A stretch of 58,325 nucleotides of DNA from Vicinamibacteria bacterium. Its GTDB lineage: Bacteria > Acidobacteriota > Vicinamibacteria > Vicinamibacterales > UBA8438. The translations under genes and the position numbers were made by a program. The notes beneath the pieces were generated by a model. It searched no databases, had not been told where the DNA came from, and saw only the letters and a program-made list of their open reading frames with translations. Positions 7,917 through 16,981 of the stretch are shown here, piece by piece (positions within the stretch are counted from its first letter, which is position 1; every line of letters begins with the position of its first letter). The DNA is taken from positions 1 through 58,325 of the forward strand of contig CAUZAY010000001.1 of assembly GCA_963577695.1 (NCBI GenBank), in the 5' to 3' direction.

Positions 7917-10361
7917 TCAGTTCGCGTGCTCTTGCGCCATCCGCATCTGAAACGGCGTGCTGGCGACAATGCCTTGTATGAGCGAGGCAAAGGCGTAGTT
8001 CTCGGCCGCGGCCGCGCGCTTGATCTGCCGAACCACGGGCGCATCCGTCGCCTCCAACCCTCTTCCCAACGCGTAGGTCAGCAGTCGGTCGGTCACCGTG
8101 GTCAAGAAGTCATCCGAGTGACTCAGCAACACCGCGCGAAGCTCGGCCGGGCCGGCGAACGTCGTGCCGTCGGGGAACTTGGCTGATGGGTCGATCGGCA
8201 CACCGGACGGATAGATCTCCCGCCATTCGCCGATCGCGTCGAAGTTTTCGAGCGCGAAACCGAGCTGGTCCATCTGCGCGTGACAACTCGCGCAGACGGG
8301 GTTGGCCCGGTGCGCCGCCATCTGCTCGCGGATCGGGAGCACCTTTCGCGGGTCTCTGTCCTCTTCGAGGTCCGGTACGTCAGGCGGCGGCGGCGGTGGC
8401 GGGGCGCCGAGAATGTTGTCCAGAATCCACTTGCCGCGGATGACCGGCGAGGTTCGATTCGCTCGCGAGGTGCCGGTGAGAATGGAACCCTGCCCGAGCA
8501 GCCCGCGGCGAACGCTGTCGGCCGGCAGCGATACGCGTCTGAACCGCGCTCCGCGCACGCCGGGAATCCCGTAGTGAGTCGCCAGCCGCTCGTTCAGGAA
8601 CGTGTAGTCCGCATCCAGCAGGTCGAGGACACTGCGGTTTTCGCGGATGATGCTGTCGAAGAACAACTGTGTCTCGCGCTCGAAGGCCGTCCGTAGTCCG
8701 TCGTCGAAATGGAACAGCAGCTCCGGGCTCGGCTGCAACGCGGCCACATTGCGGATGTGCAGCCACTGGCCGGCGAAGTTGTCGACCAGCGCCTGGGAAC
8801 GCGGGTCCGCCAGCATGCGTTGCACTTGCTGTTGCAGCACGTCAGGTTCGTGGAGCGTCTCCTTCACCGCCATGTCCACCAGTTCATCATCCGGGATGCT
8901 GCTCCAGAGGAAGAACGCGAGACGCGAGGCCAGTTCGAGATCGGAGATGCGATAGGGCGTATCGGGCGCGACCGACGCCGGCTGTGCCTCGAACCGGAAC
9001 AGGAAGTTGGGGCTGACCAGTATCCCTCGCACCGCCAGTTCGATGCCGGACTCGAACCCGCCGGCGCGCGCCCCGTCACGATACAAGGACATCGGAATCT
9101 CGAGATCCGCATCGGTCAACGGGCGCCGGTAGGCTCGACGTGCCAGCGTCGCAATGATGGTGTTCGCGCAGGCCGCGTCGTCGGCATCTGAGCCGGCCGG
9201 CGGCGTGCAGACGAGCAGTCGGCGACGGCTGGGCGAGTCGCCGACAGACGCGGCTCCGGCCGGTGGAGCAGTGATCGTCACGCTGGAGATCGCGGGCTCA
9301 CCGTTACCCGCGCGGTAGGGATCCCGACGCAGATCCGGGTCGAACAGATCCTCGACGTAGGCCGAGGTCTTGGCCGCGAAGTACACCTGCACCTGATACG
9401 CGCCAGCCTTGACCGGAACCTGGAATCGCAAGCTCTCCAGGATCGCCTCAATGCGATCGTCTCCGCGCAGCCCCTCCAGGGCGGGTCCCCCGACAATGCC
9501 GGTCCAGACCCGGACCCCGTCGAGACTCACGTCGAGCTGATGCGGCTCGGCCGTGACCCCCACGAATCCCCCGTCGACGCCCCCTTCTCTCGGCCGCATG
9601 TCGAAGCGGTAGTCCCCGTCGACCGGGAAGTAATAGCGAAACACGGTGCCACCCCGCGACCCGAACGGCAGGTCATCGCTGATACGGTCGCCCTGATCGC
9701 GATCGGTGGGCACCAAGATCGTCTCCGGCGGTGGCGACCCCCGTAGCCGTCCCAGTGCCATCTGACTGATCTTCGCGGCCGCGCTCAGATACCGCTCCGT
9801 CAGGGCCGACGACAACGTCAGCGCGTCCGCATTGTTGTCGAACCCGTACGCCGCGTTGTCCGCCGGCAGCAGAGACGTATCAACGTCCACCGCAAACAGG
9901 TCGCGCACAGCGTTGCGATACTCGGCGCGGTTCAGTCGATGCAGCGTGGGCCGGCCCGGGTTGGGATGCTCCAGCGCACCGCGGTCGAGCTGGGTCTCGA
10001 GCCACGTGGCCACGTCATTCGAGGAGGCTGCGTCCGGCCGCGGCCGTCCGGCCGGGGGCATCGCGCCCGTCCGCAGCTTGCGGACGACCTGTTCCCACAC
10101 GTCCGCACGCGCGGGCACCTGGGCCATATCCAGGGTGTCGAGCGCGAGCCCGCCGATCTGAGCCCGTTCGTTGTGACACGCGAAGCAGTACTGCCGCAAC
10201 ACGGCCCGAACCTCCGGCTCGGCCACGTCGGCGGGCTCCTGGGCCAGGCGACCGGGAGCCGGCGACGGGGTCGGACCTGCCGCGCCCATCTGCGCGTGAG
10301 CGAAGACGCCGGCAAGGATACAGACGAGGCCGATGACCCGCGCCGGTCGACGGGGCGTCAT
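7917..10361 (-). CDS. DUF1592-family multidomain haem c protein (DUF1587/1592/1595/1588/1585-type), paralogue 1
   Basis: Signal peptide, then CFACHNE near the N-terminus and CASCHAQMDQLGFALENFD near the C-terminus. Collinear with 47865..50282. The ATG at 10361 overlaps the ankyrin gene stop (ATGA, 10358..10361). Confidence 0.85.
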   Translation of the reverse strand: MTPRRPARVIGLVCILAGVFAHAQMGAAGPTPSPAPGRLAQEPADVAEPEVRAVLRQYCFACHNERAQIGGLALDTLDMAQVPARADVWEQVVRKLRTGAMPPAGRPRPDAASSNDVATWLETQLDRGALEHPNPGRPTLHRLNRAEYRNAVRDLFAVDVDTSLLPADNAAYGFDNNADALTLSSALTERYLSAAAKISQMALGRLRGSPPPETILVPTDRDQGDRISDDLPFGSRGGTVFRYYFPVDGDYRFDMRPREGGVDGGFVGVTAEPHQLDVSLDGVRVWTGIVGGPALEGLRGDDRIEAILESLRFQVPVKAGAYQVQVYFAAKTSAYVEDLFDPDLRRDPYRAGNGEPAISSVTITAPPAGAASVGDSPSRRRLLVCTPPAGSDADDAACANTIIATLARRAYRRPLTDADLEIPMSLYRDGARAGGFESGIELAVRGILVSPNFLFRFEAQPASVAPDTPYRISDLELASRLAFFLWSSIPDDELVDMAVKETLHEPDVLQQQVQRMLADPRSQALVDNFAGQWLHIRNVAALQPSPELLFHFDDGLRTAFERETQLFFDSIIRENRSVLDLLDADYTFLNERLATHYGIPGVRGARFRRVSLPADSVRRGLLGQGSILTGTSRANRTSPVIRGKWILDNILGAPPPPPPPDVPDLEEDRDPRKVLPIREQMAAHRANPVCASCHAQMDQLGFALENFDAIGEWREIYPSGVPIDPSAKFPDGTTFAGPAELRAVLLSHSDDFLTTVTDRLLTYALGRGLEATDAPVVRQIKRAAAAENYAFASLIQGIVASTPFQMRMAQEHAN

Positions 10362-11932
10362 TTCGCCAGGACCTCCTCGGGAATCGCGGCCGCGCACGGA
10401 GCCGGGCACGCGATTTCCTTGGCACCCAACGCCCGCAGCAGCACCGCGGTCTGCGGGTGCGCGGCGAACGAATTGCCGTACTCGACCCCGTCGGCAACCC
10501 GCAACGGTGTGCGTCCGTCTTTGGCGACAACGTCCAGCCGCGCACCCTGATCGAACAGATACTGCACCACGCTATTGGCGCCCCGATAGGCCGCCGCATG
10601 CATGGCGGTCTCTCCAACATCGCTCACAAAGTTGACGTCCGCTCCGTGCTCTTCCACGAGCATCCTGACCGCCTCGAGCACCTGGGCTTCGTTGGCACGG
10701 TCCTGGTTCGACGCCCAGGAAATACCGGCCGCCGCCATCAACGTGGTCGTGTTGTCCACGGTGTTGATCGTCGGGTCGGCTCCATGCTCGAGCAACACAC
10801 GCATCACCTCGACATCCGCGGCCTTCGCCGCGAGCATCAACGCGGTCGCGCCCGTCATGTGCCGGCGATACCGGGCGCCAGACCATCTTGGCTCCTCCTG
10901 CGTGTTCCGCCCGTTGACGTCGGCGCCGTGCGCCAGCAACGACTCGATCACGCGCAGCCGGTCGAGGTTCACGACGATGAACTGATCGCTGATGTGCCAG
11001 TTGGCCACATGCACCGCGGCCTGCAACGGTTTCCCGAAGATATTGCCCCTCGGCACCGTCTCGGAATCGCGCTCGCTGTAGCCGATTCTCCTAAACTCCA
11101 GCGGCATCGGCCGGGCCCGGACCCCCTGCACCGTCAGCCGAGTCGATCCCCCCTCGACGTTGGGATCCGCGCCTTCATCGAGCAGGAGATCCACGAGGTC
11201 TTCGTGTCCGTTGATCACCGCCATGAGCAACGAACTCGCGCCATCAGGACGCTGCTCGTTGACGTCGGCCCCGGCCGCAAGCAGGGCCCGAACGGCGGGG
11301 AGGCTCCCCTTCCGCACGGCAAACATGAACGGCGTCGCGCCGCTGTTGGAGTGCGCGCGGGTGTCCGCACCCTGATCGATCAGGGCTTCGACGACGGAGA
11401 CGTGCCCTTCGATCGCCGCCCACATGAGCGCGGATTGTCCGTTCCAGGTTTCTGCCGCGTTGATGTCGGCGCCAGCGCCCACCAGTGCGTGCACCGCATC
11501 CACGTGTCCGGAACGCGCCGCCAGCATGAGCGGCGTCTCGCCCGCATTCACCGCGTGCCGCGGATCGTTCGGATCAGCACCAGCGGATACCAGCTGCTCG
11601 ATGATCGCCGCGCTGCCGTTTTGCGACGCCAGACCGAGCGGCGTCACTCCATAGTTGTTCGACTGGTTCACGTCGGCCCCGGCGCCGATCAACAGCGCCG
11701 TCGTGTCCGCGTCGTTCACATACACGGCCCAATGCAAGGCGGTCGCGCCATCGCCCAGTGCCGCGTTGACATCGACGCGTGCCTCGATCAGCGACCGCAC
11801 GGCAGCCGTATCGCCCCGCCGCACCGCGTCGACCAGCGGCACGTCTGCCCCGGCGGCCCCGAGGCTGCTTCCCGCCAGGCCTAGACCGGCCACGATTACC
11901 GCCACCGCCGGTACACATCGCACTCGCATCAT
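10358..11932 (-). CDS. Secreted ankyrin-repeat protein, paralogue 1
   Basis: Signal peptide MMRVRCVPAVAVIVAGLGLAGSSLGAAGA, then many ANK units (GATALHWAV..D..LL..GADVN; ETPLMLAARSGHVDAVHALVGAGADIN, etc.). Collinear with 44845..46494. Confidence 0.85.
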   Translation of the reverse strand: MMRVRCVPAVAVIVAGLGLAGSSLGAAGADVPLVDAVRRGDTAAVRSLIEARVDVNAALGDGATALHWAVYVNDADTTALLIGAGADVNQSNNYGVTPLGLASQNGSAAIIEQLVSAGADPNDPRHAVNAGETPLMLAARSGHVDAVHALVGAGADINAAETWNGQSALMWAAIEGHVSVVEALIDQGADTRAHSNSGATPFMFAVRKGSLPAVRALLAAGADVNEQRPDGASSLLMAVINGHEDLVDLLLDEGADPNVEGGSTRLTVQGVRARPMPLEFRRIGYSERDSETVPRGNIFGKPLQAAVHVANWHISDQFIVVNLDRLRVIESLLAHGADVNGRNTQEEPRWSGARYRRHMTGATALMLAAKAADVEVMRVLLEHGADPTINTVDNTTTLMAAAGISWASNQDRANEAQVLEAVRMLVEEHGADVNFVSDVGETAMHAAAYRGANSVVQYLFDQGARLDVVAKDGRTPLRVADGVEYGNSFAAHPQTAVLLRALGAKEIACPAPCAAAIPEEVLAK

Positions 11933-11966
11933 TGACGTCCTGTAATGACTTCAAATCCTACTATGT

Positions 11967-11989
11967 CTAGCAGCCCGTGGGAGAAGTCC
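11967..11989 (+). repeat. Third copy of the CTAGCAGCCC(R)TGG..AAGTC motif
   Basis: CTAGCAGCCCGTGGGAGAAGTCC resembles both arms of the 16982..17147 inverted repeat (CTAGCAGCCCATGGTGAAAGTC / CTAGCAGCCCGTGGTGAAAGTC). Similarity continues into ..C-CTGCA. It lies 35 nt upstream of the exonuclease ATG. GTCTAGCAGCC also occurs (reverse complement) at 6552..6562. Confidence 0.45.
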
Positions 11990-12023
11990 TCTGCAGGAGT
12001 GCGATAAACTTCCCGCCGGAATC

Positions 12024-12861
12024 ATGAATGTCGAACTGTTCGCGCAACAACTGGCCGCCCACCTTCGGCTGACCCGCCCGCTCGTATGCGTCGATCTTGA
12101 GGCCACGGGCGTCTGGCCCGGGCAAGACCGGATCGTGCAGATTGCGACCGCGACTATCTTCCCGGACGGCCGCGTGTCGACCTGGTCATCGCTGGTGAAT
12201 CCCGAGCAGGCGATACCAGCCGCGGCCCAGACGATCCACGGCATCAGCGACACGATGGCGGCGTCTTCGCCGACGTTCGCGCAGTTGGCTCCGGAGATCG
12301 CGACACTCCTCGCCGAGCGCGACCTGACGGGCTACAACGTCGAACGGTACGACCGCCGACTGTTGGCCGCCGAATTTCGACGGGTGGGACACGAGGATCC
12401 GATGGCCGATGCCCGGGTCATCGACGCCTACACCATCTTCGCGCGCCAGGAGCCTCGCAGTCTCGACGCGGCGTTACGTTTCTACGGGGTCGAGACGGGA
12501 GAGGCCGCACGACGCCAGAAGCGATGTCGAGGCCACCGTCGGCGTCCTGGCCGCGCAACTCCACACGTATCGCAACCTGCCGAAGACGGTCGACGCGCTA
12601 CACGCCTGGCTCTACCCGAGCGACCCGAACCGCATCGATGCCGACGGGAAGCTCGTGTGGCGTGACGGCGTCGCGACCGTCGCGTTCGGAGCCCAGGCCG
12701 GAACCGCTCTCACGGAACTGGCGGACAACGACCGCAGCTTTCTCGAGTGGGTGCTGCGCAAGGACTTCTCGCCCGAGGTCAAGGCGATCATCGAGGCGGC
12801 CCTGGAGGGACGATTCCCCGTCCGTCCGCCGGCAGAGTCGGGTTCGACTGCGGGTGGGTGA
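12024..12861 (+). pseudogene. DEDD (DnaQ-like) 3'-5' exonuclease with DUF3820-like C-terminal domain, interrupted by a 1-nt frameshift
   Basis: Exo I VCVDLEATG and Exo II GYNVERYDRRLL lie in ORF 12024..12665. Exo III HDARSDVEAT and the C-terminal domain (FLEWVLRKDFSPEVK) lie in ORF 12409..12861. The frames join as ..FYGVETGE-A-HDARSD.. if one nt is removed within 12504..12507 (GCCG). Confidence 0.7.
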
Positions 12862-12988
12862 GGTCGTCAGTGAGGTCGCCCACCGGCAGGGAGTCGTCGT
12901 CCCACGGCGACCGGCGCTGGGTCACGAAACCGACACTCTGGCGAGCACCCGTGTCGTCCGTGCCCCAACGCCGCCGAACGCGTCGCCC

Positions 12989-13342
12989 TTAGGCCGTCTC
13001 CGGCATCGCCATGATCGGAATGATTTCGATGGTGCCATCTGCGACGGTCAGATGCGGACAGGTCAGCGACAGACGCTGGATCCCCTTCACGCTCTTGCCT
13101 TCGAGGATGCAGTAGCCCCCCACGAAACTGGCGTGGTTGCCCGCTCGCTTCGCCTTGACGGCCTTCGCTTTCCCGACGATCTGCGTGGCCGAGGAACTCT
13201 GTACAGCCGCGCCGTCAACAAAGGCGCCGGACTTGACCAGCTTTTCCATGTACGCGCCCCACTTCTTCATGAGGCGTTCGTTTTCTTTTGGCGACAGCTT
13301 GCTGCCGTCTCCGCCGCGATACAACACTAGGAACCTCGCCAT
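12989..13342 (-). CDS. YciI-like family protein
   Basis: MARFLVLYRGG...SPKENERLMKKWGAYMEKLVKSGAFVDG...VGGYCILEGKS...IEIIPIM fits the YciI/DGPF-type pattern. Strong SD (GAGGAG) lies 7 nt before ATG 13342. Confidence 0.7.
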   Translation of the reverse strand: MARFLVLYRGGDGSKLSPKENERLMKKWGAYMEKLVKSGAFVDGAAVQSSSATQIVGKAKAVKAKRAGNHASFVGGYCILEGKSVKGIQRLSLTCPHLTVADGTIEIIPIMAMPETA

Positions 13343-13464
13343 GATCAATCTCCTCAAAAAGTGGACCGTGGGTGCGAGTATAGCGGCATCGGTCGAGCGC
13401 GTCGCCGCGGGGAACGGTACGATGTGCCAGGTACGAACTAAGCAACAGAGTGGAGGATCCCGAC

Positions 13465-14403
13465 ATGAGAGCCTTGACGCTGCACCTTCTTCTGATCGGG
13501 TGCGTGCTGGCCGCGGCAGTCCAGCCGATACACGCCGCGCAATCGGATCCGCTGCAGGCGATGGTGCTGACCGGTCAGAACAACCACGGCTGGCAGGTCC
13601 TCAGCGCCCACTACCAGAACATCCTGGAGGACACGGGCCTGTTTGAGGTGGACGTGGTGACCAGTCCGCCGCCGGGCGGTGACATGACCGATTTCGCCCC
13701 TGACTTCAGCCGGTACGACGTCGTGGTGATCGAGTACAACGGCGACGAGTGGCCGGACACGGTCAAGCGGTCATTCGAACGCTACATGGAGCAGGGCGGC
13801 GGCATGGTGTACGCGCATGCGGTGAACCACACGTTTACGGACTGGCCGGGCTTCAACGAGATGATGGGCATTGGCGGCTGGGGTGGGCGCGACGAGACGG
13901 CGGGTCCCTACGTCAAGTACCGCGACGGCAAGATGGTGCTCGACCACCGACCCGGCCACGCCGGCGAGTGCGTGGACGCGCATGCGTTCTCGGTCGTCAC
14001 CCGCGACACGGCACATCCGATCATGCGTGGGCTTCCCTCTGCGTGGCTCCACGGAACCGACGAGCTCTACAGCAACCAACGGGGTCCGGCCAAGAACATG
14101 ACCATCCTGGCCACCGCCTACTCGGACCCCGCTCGCGAAGCGCACTGGGGGGTCGAAACCCACGGCACCGGAGAACACGAGCCGATGATCTATACCGTCG
14201 AGTACGGGGAGGGTCGGGTACTTGGCACCGCCATGGGCCACGTTGACGGCGGCGCGCCGGTCGGTTCGGGGCCGTGGCCGGCCATCGACTGCGTGGGGTT
14301 CATCACGTTGATTCAACGCGGCGCCGAGTGGGCGGCTACGGGCAAGGTCACCCAAACGGTTCCGGCCGCCTTTCCGACCGCGACCGAGGTCAGTCTCCGG
14401 TAG
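13465..14403 (+). CDS. ThuA domain-containing secreted protein
   Basis: Signal peptide MRALTLHLLLIGCVLAAAVQPIHA, then MVLTGQNNHGWQ...YDVVVIEYNGDEWP...HEPMIYTVEYGEGRVLGTAMGH, typical of ThuA. GGAGG precedes ATG 13465. Confidence 0.8.
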   Translation: MRALTLHLLLIGCVLAAAVQPIHAAQSDPLQAMVLTGQNNHGWQVLSAHYQNILEDTGLFEVDVVTSPPPGGDMTDFAPDFSRYDVVVIEYNGDEWPDTVKRSFERYMEQGGGMVYAHAVNHTFTDWPGFNEMMGIGGWGGRDETAGPYVKYRDGKMVLDHRPGHAGECVDAHAFSVVTRDTAHPIMRGLPSAWLHGTDELYSNQRGPAKNMTILATAYSDPAREAHWGVETHGTGEHEPMIYTVEYGEGRVLGTAMGHVDGGAPVGSGPWPAIDCVGFITLIQRGAEWAATGKVTQTVPAAFPTATEVSLR

Positions 14404-14509
14404 TGCGCGGACACGCTTGTGCCCCATCGAACCGACGCGTACCCTGAGGCGTGGTCCTAGTCGCGGCCGTCGGCACACTGCCCCGCATCGCGCCCCAAGG
14501 GAGTTTCAG

Positions 14510-15556
14510 ATGACAGCCCATCGTGTCTTCGTGTCACACACCACGTTCCTCTTTGCCGCCACGTTGCTGGTGTCTCTGGCCGCCAGCCCGGCCGCGGCCC
14601 AGACGCTGCGCACGGCCGATGGCCGGCCCGACCTGCAGGGAGTGTGGGACTTTCGCACCATGACGCCGCTCCAGCGCCCGAGTGACTTGGGCGAAAAGGC
14701 GTTCCTGACGGCCGAAGAGGCCGCAGCGCAGGAAGCCGGTGTGGCCGCGCGGCGCGCCCGACTGCTCGAGCCGAGCGAGGTGCGGACCGAACCGCTTCCG
14801 GCCGGCGGCGGTGGTCGTGAGGTTGGCGGCTACAACGACTTCTGGCTCGACTACGGCACCACGATCGTTGGCGATCGCCGGACCTCTCTCATCGTCGACC
14901 CAGCCAACGGGCGTCTCCCGGCGCTGACACCGGAAGGCGAGGCGTTGCGACAGGTCGGCTCCCTCTGGGAAGACCTGCCGATCGACGGGCTCGTACGCGT
15001 CCGCAGTGCGGGGACCGGTTCCGACTACCCGGAAGACCGCGGACTCGCTGAGCGCTGTCTGGTCGGGTTCAACAGCGGGCCGCCGATGATGCCGAGCGGT
15101 TACAACAACAACATGCAGCTGTTCCAGACGCCGGGCGCCGTGGTCATTCTCAACGAGATGGTGCACGACGTGCGCATCATCCCGCTCGACGCACGACCGC
15201 ATCTTCCGGGCTCCGTCGGCCAATGGGCCGGGAGCTCGGTGGGTCGCTGGGAGGGCGACACGCTCGTGGTCGAAACGACGAACATGACCGACAAGACGGC
15301 GAGCTTCGAACCATCGGCCACGACCGCGATCGGCACCGGCGTCACGATGACGTTGACGGAACGGTTCAGCCGACTGAACGAGGACACGCTGCTCTACGAA
15401 TACACCGTCGACGACCCGACCATTTTCACCAGTCCGTTCACCGTCGCCGTCCCGATGCGCCGGTCCGACGAGCCGATGTTCGAATACGCATGTCACGAGG
15501 GGAACTACGGCCTGCTGAATATCCTGACCGGAGCCCGGGTGGCGGAGGCCCGCTAG
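14510..15556 (+). CDS. Secreted hypothetical protein (conserved unknown family)
   Basis: AAGGGAG SD, then ATG 14510. Signal peptide ..LLVSLAASPAAAQ, then RPDLQGVWDFRT...GRWEGDTLVVETTN, a pattern seen in uncharacterised periplasmic proteins. Natural amino-acid composition, unlike the antisense ORF. Confidence 0.65.
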   Translation: MTAHRVFVSHTTFLFAATLLVSLAASPAAAQTLRTADGRPDLQGVWDFRTMTPLQRPSDLGEKAFLTAEEAAAQEAGVAARRARLLEPSEVRTEPLPAGGGGREVGGYNDFWLDYGTTIVGDRRTSLIVDPANGRLPALTPEGEALRQVGSLWEDLPIDGLVRVRSAGTGSDYPEDRGLAERCLVGFNSGPPMMPSGYNNNMQLFQTPGAVVILNEMVHDVRIIPLDARPHLPGSVGQWAGSSVGRWEGDTLVVETTNMTDKTASFEPSATTAIGTGVTMTLTERFSRLNEDTLLYEYTVDDPTIFTSPFTVAVPMRRSDEPMFEYACHEGNYGLLNILTGARVAEAR

Positions 15557-15587
15557 GTTTCCGCGCGAGGCACGTTTCAGCCGCCCG

Positions 15588-16523
15588 TCAAATCACGGCG
15601 GGGACCCGGACCAGCACATAGGTGATGTGTCCCCCCTCGGGCACCAGGTACCCGTGGGGCGTCGCGGCCGGGATGTGGAGCATGTCCCCGGCGGCCACGG
15701 GGTACCGCGTCCCACCGGCGATCCCTGACCCGAACGTCCCATCTCGATCGAGCATCTCGCCGCCGACCAGCAACTGCCCCGCCCCGCTCTTCACGAACAC
15801 CAGGTCAATGATGTCGTCGTGAATCTCGGGACGCCCGTCGGCGTCGCGATGGATGAACCGGAAGCGATGGGACCGTGTCGGACTCCCAAAATCGGCGAGC
15901 GTCTCGCGGGCGGAGCGATCGGGTCGGATTCTCGTGGCCAGCGACGCGTCGCGGCGCGCCAACTCGTCGGCGCCCCAGCGCACGAAGCCGGGTGGTTGTA
16001 GGTCGAGAACAGGCGCGTCGTCAGGGATCACACCCCCGGCGAGCAGCGCGGGAATGCGCACGAGCACGTAGGTGATGTAGCCTTGCTCAGGCACCAGGTA
16101 GCGGTGCGGGGTATCGGCCGGAATACGTAGAATGTCACCCGGGCCCACAAAGTGCCGCACACCACCGACGATGTCCGTGCCGGTGTACTCACCATTCTCG
16201 CCGCCGGTAATGTCGATCAGATCGCCGCCCACGAGCAACGTGGCCGCCCCGCTGTAAACGTAGACGACGTCGTCGATGTTCGCATGCTGCTCAGGCACGC
16301 CGTCCGCGTTCCGGTGGATGAGTCGGAAGCGATGGGATCCACTGGGGTGACCGTATGCGGCGAGCGTCTCGCGAGCCGAATGATCGGGACCCACACGCGC
16401 GGACAGCGCCGCGTGCCGCCCCCGCAGATCGGCCTCGGTCCACTTGACGAAACCAAGCTCCTCGGTCTGCAGGGCTGGGAGCGCGACCGCCGCCGCGAGA
16501 ACGAACCGGAGTGACGTCGTCAT
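15588..16523 (-). CDS. Secreted bicupin protein
   Basis: ATG 16523 with AAGGAG SD. Two internally duplicated halves (..HRFRLIHRNADGVPEQHANIDDVVYVYSGAATLLVGG../..HRFRFIHRDADGRPEIHDDIIDLVFVKSGAGQLLVGG.., each ending PHRYLVPE/PHGYLVPE). Confidence 0.7.
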   Translation of the reverse strand: MTTSLRFVLAAAVALPALQTEELGFVKWTEADLRGRHAALSARVGPDHSARETLAAYGHPSGSHRFRLIHRNADGVPEQHANIDDVVYVYSGAATLLVGGDLIDITGGENGEYTGTDIVGGVRHFVGPGDILRIPADTPHRYLVPEQGYITYVLVRIPALLAGGVIPDDAPVLDLQPPGFVRWGADELARRDASLATRIRPDRSARETLADFGSPTRSHRFRFIHRDADGRPEIHDDIIDLVFVKSGAGQLLVGGEMLDRDGTFGSGIAGGTRYPVAAGDMLHIPAATPHGYLVPEGGHITYVLVRVPAVI

Positions 16524-16542
16524 GACCCGCTCCTTTGACGAT

Positions 16543-16941
16543 TCAGTGTGCCCACGGATCGTAGTCTCCGAAGCTCCAGAGATACCCCTCGAGATCCTTG
16601 CAGGTGTAACCGCGGCCGCCGTAGTCCTGGTCCTGGATGTCCAGCACCATCTCGGCCCCGGCCGCCTTGGCACTCGCATAGTGGGCGTCGGCGTCTTCTA
16701 CGACCACGTAGGCGCTCTGCGTGTTGGTGCCGGCCTCAGCCGGGGTGGAAACGAGGTCGTCGTAGCCGCCGCCGTGCGTGGACGCGCTTCCGAGCATGAT
16801 CATGCCGTGGCCGAAGACCAGCTGAGCGTGCGCGATGGTTTCACCCTCACCCGGCACGACGAGCTGCTTCTCGAAACCGAACGCGCGGCACAGCCACTCG
16901 ATCGCTTTCGGCGCATCCTTGTAGCGAAAACTGGGAATCAC
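16543..16941 (-). CDS. VOC (glyoxalase/bleomycin-resistance fold) family protein
   Basis: IPSFRYKDAPKAIEWLCRAFGFE...AHAQLVFGHGMIMLGS...YGGRGYTCKDLEGYLWSFGDYDPW. GTG start at 16941 without its own SD. See the upstream mini-ORF. Confidence 0.8.
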   Translation of the reverse strand: MIPSFRYKDAPKAIEWLCRAFGFEKQLVVPGEGETIAHAQLVFGHGMIMLGSASTHGGGYDDLVSTPAEAGTNTQSAYVVVEDADAHYASAKAAGAEMVLDIQDQDYGGRGYTCKDLEGYLWSFGDYDPWAH

Positions 16942-16970
16942 GGTAGCGGTCGTGTCTTGGGTCTAGACAT
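16938..16970 (-). other. 10-codon upstream mini-ORF (MSRPKTRPLP*), coupled to the VOC gene by a GTGA overlap, or else the true VOC start displaced by an indel
   Basis: GGAGGAG (16975..16981) lies 4 nt upstream of the ATG at 16970. The stop TGA (16938..16940) overlaps the VOC GTG (16939..16941). Confidence 0.3.
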
Positions 16971-16981
16971 GGGTGCTCCTC

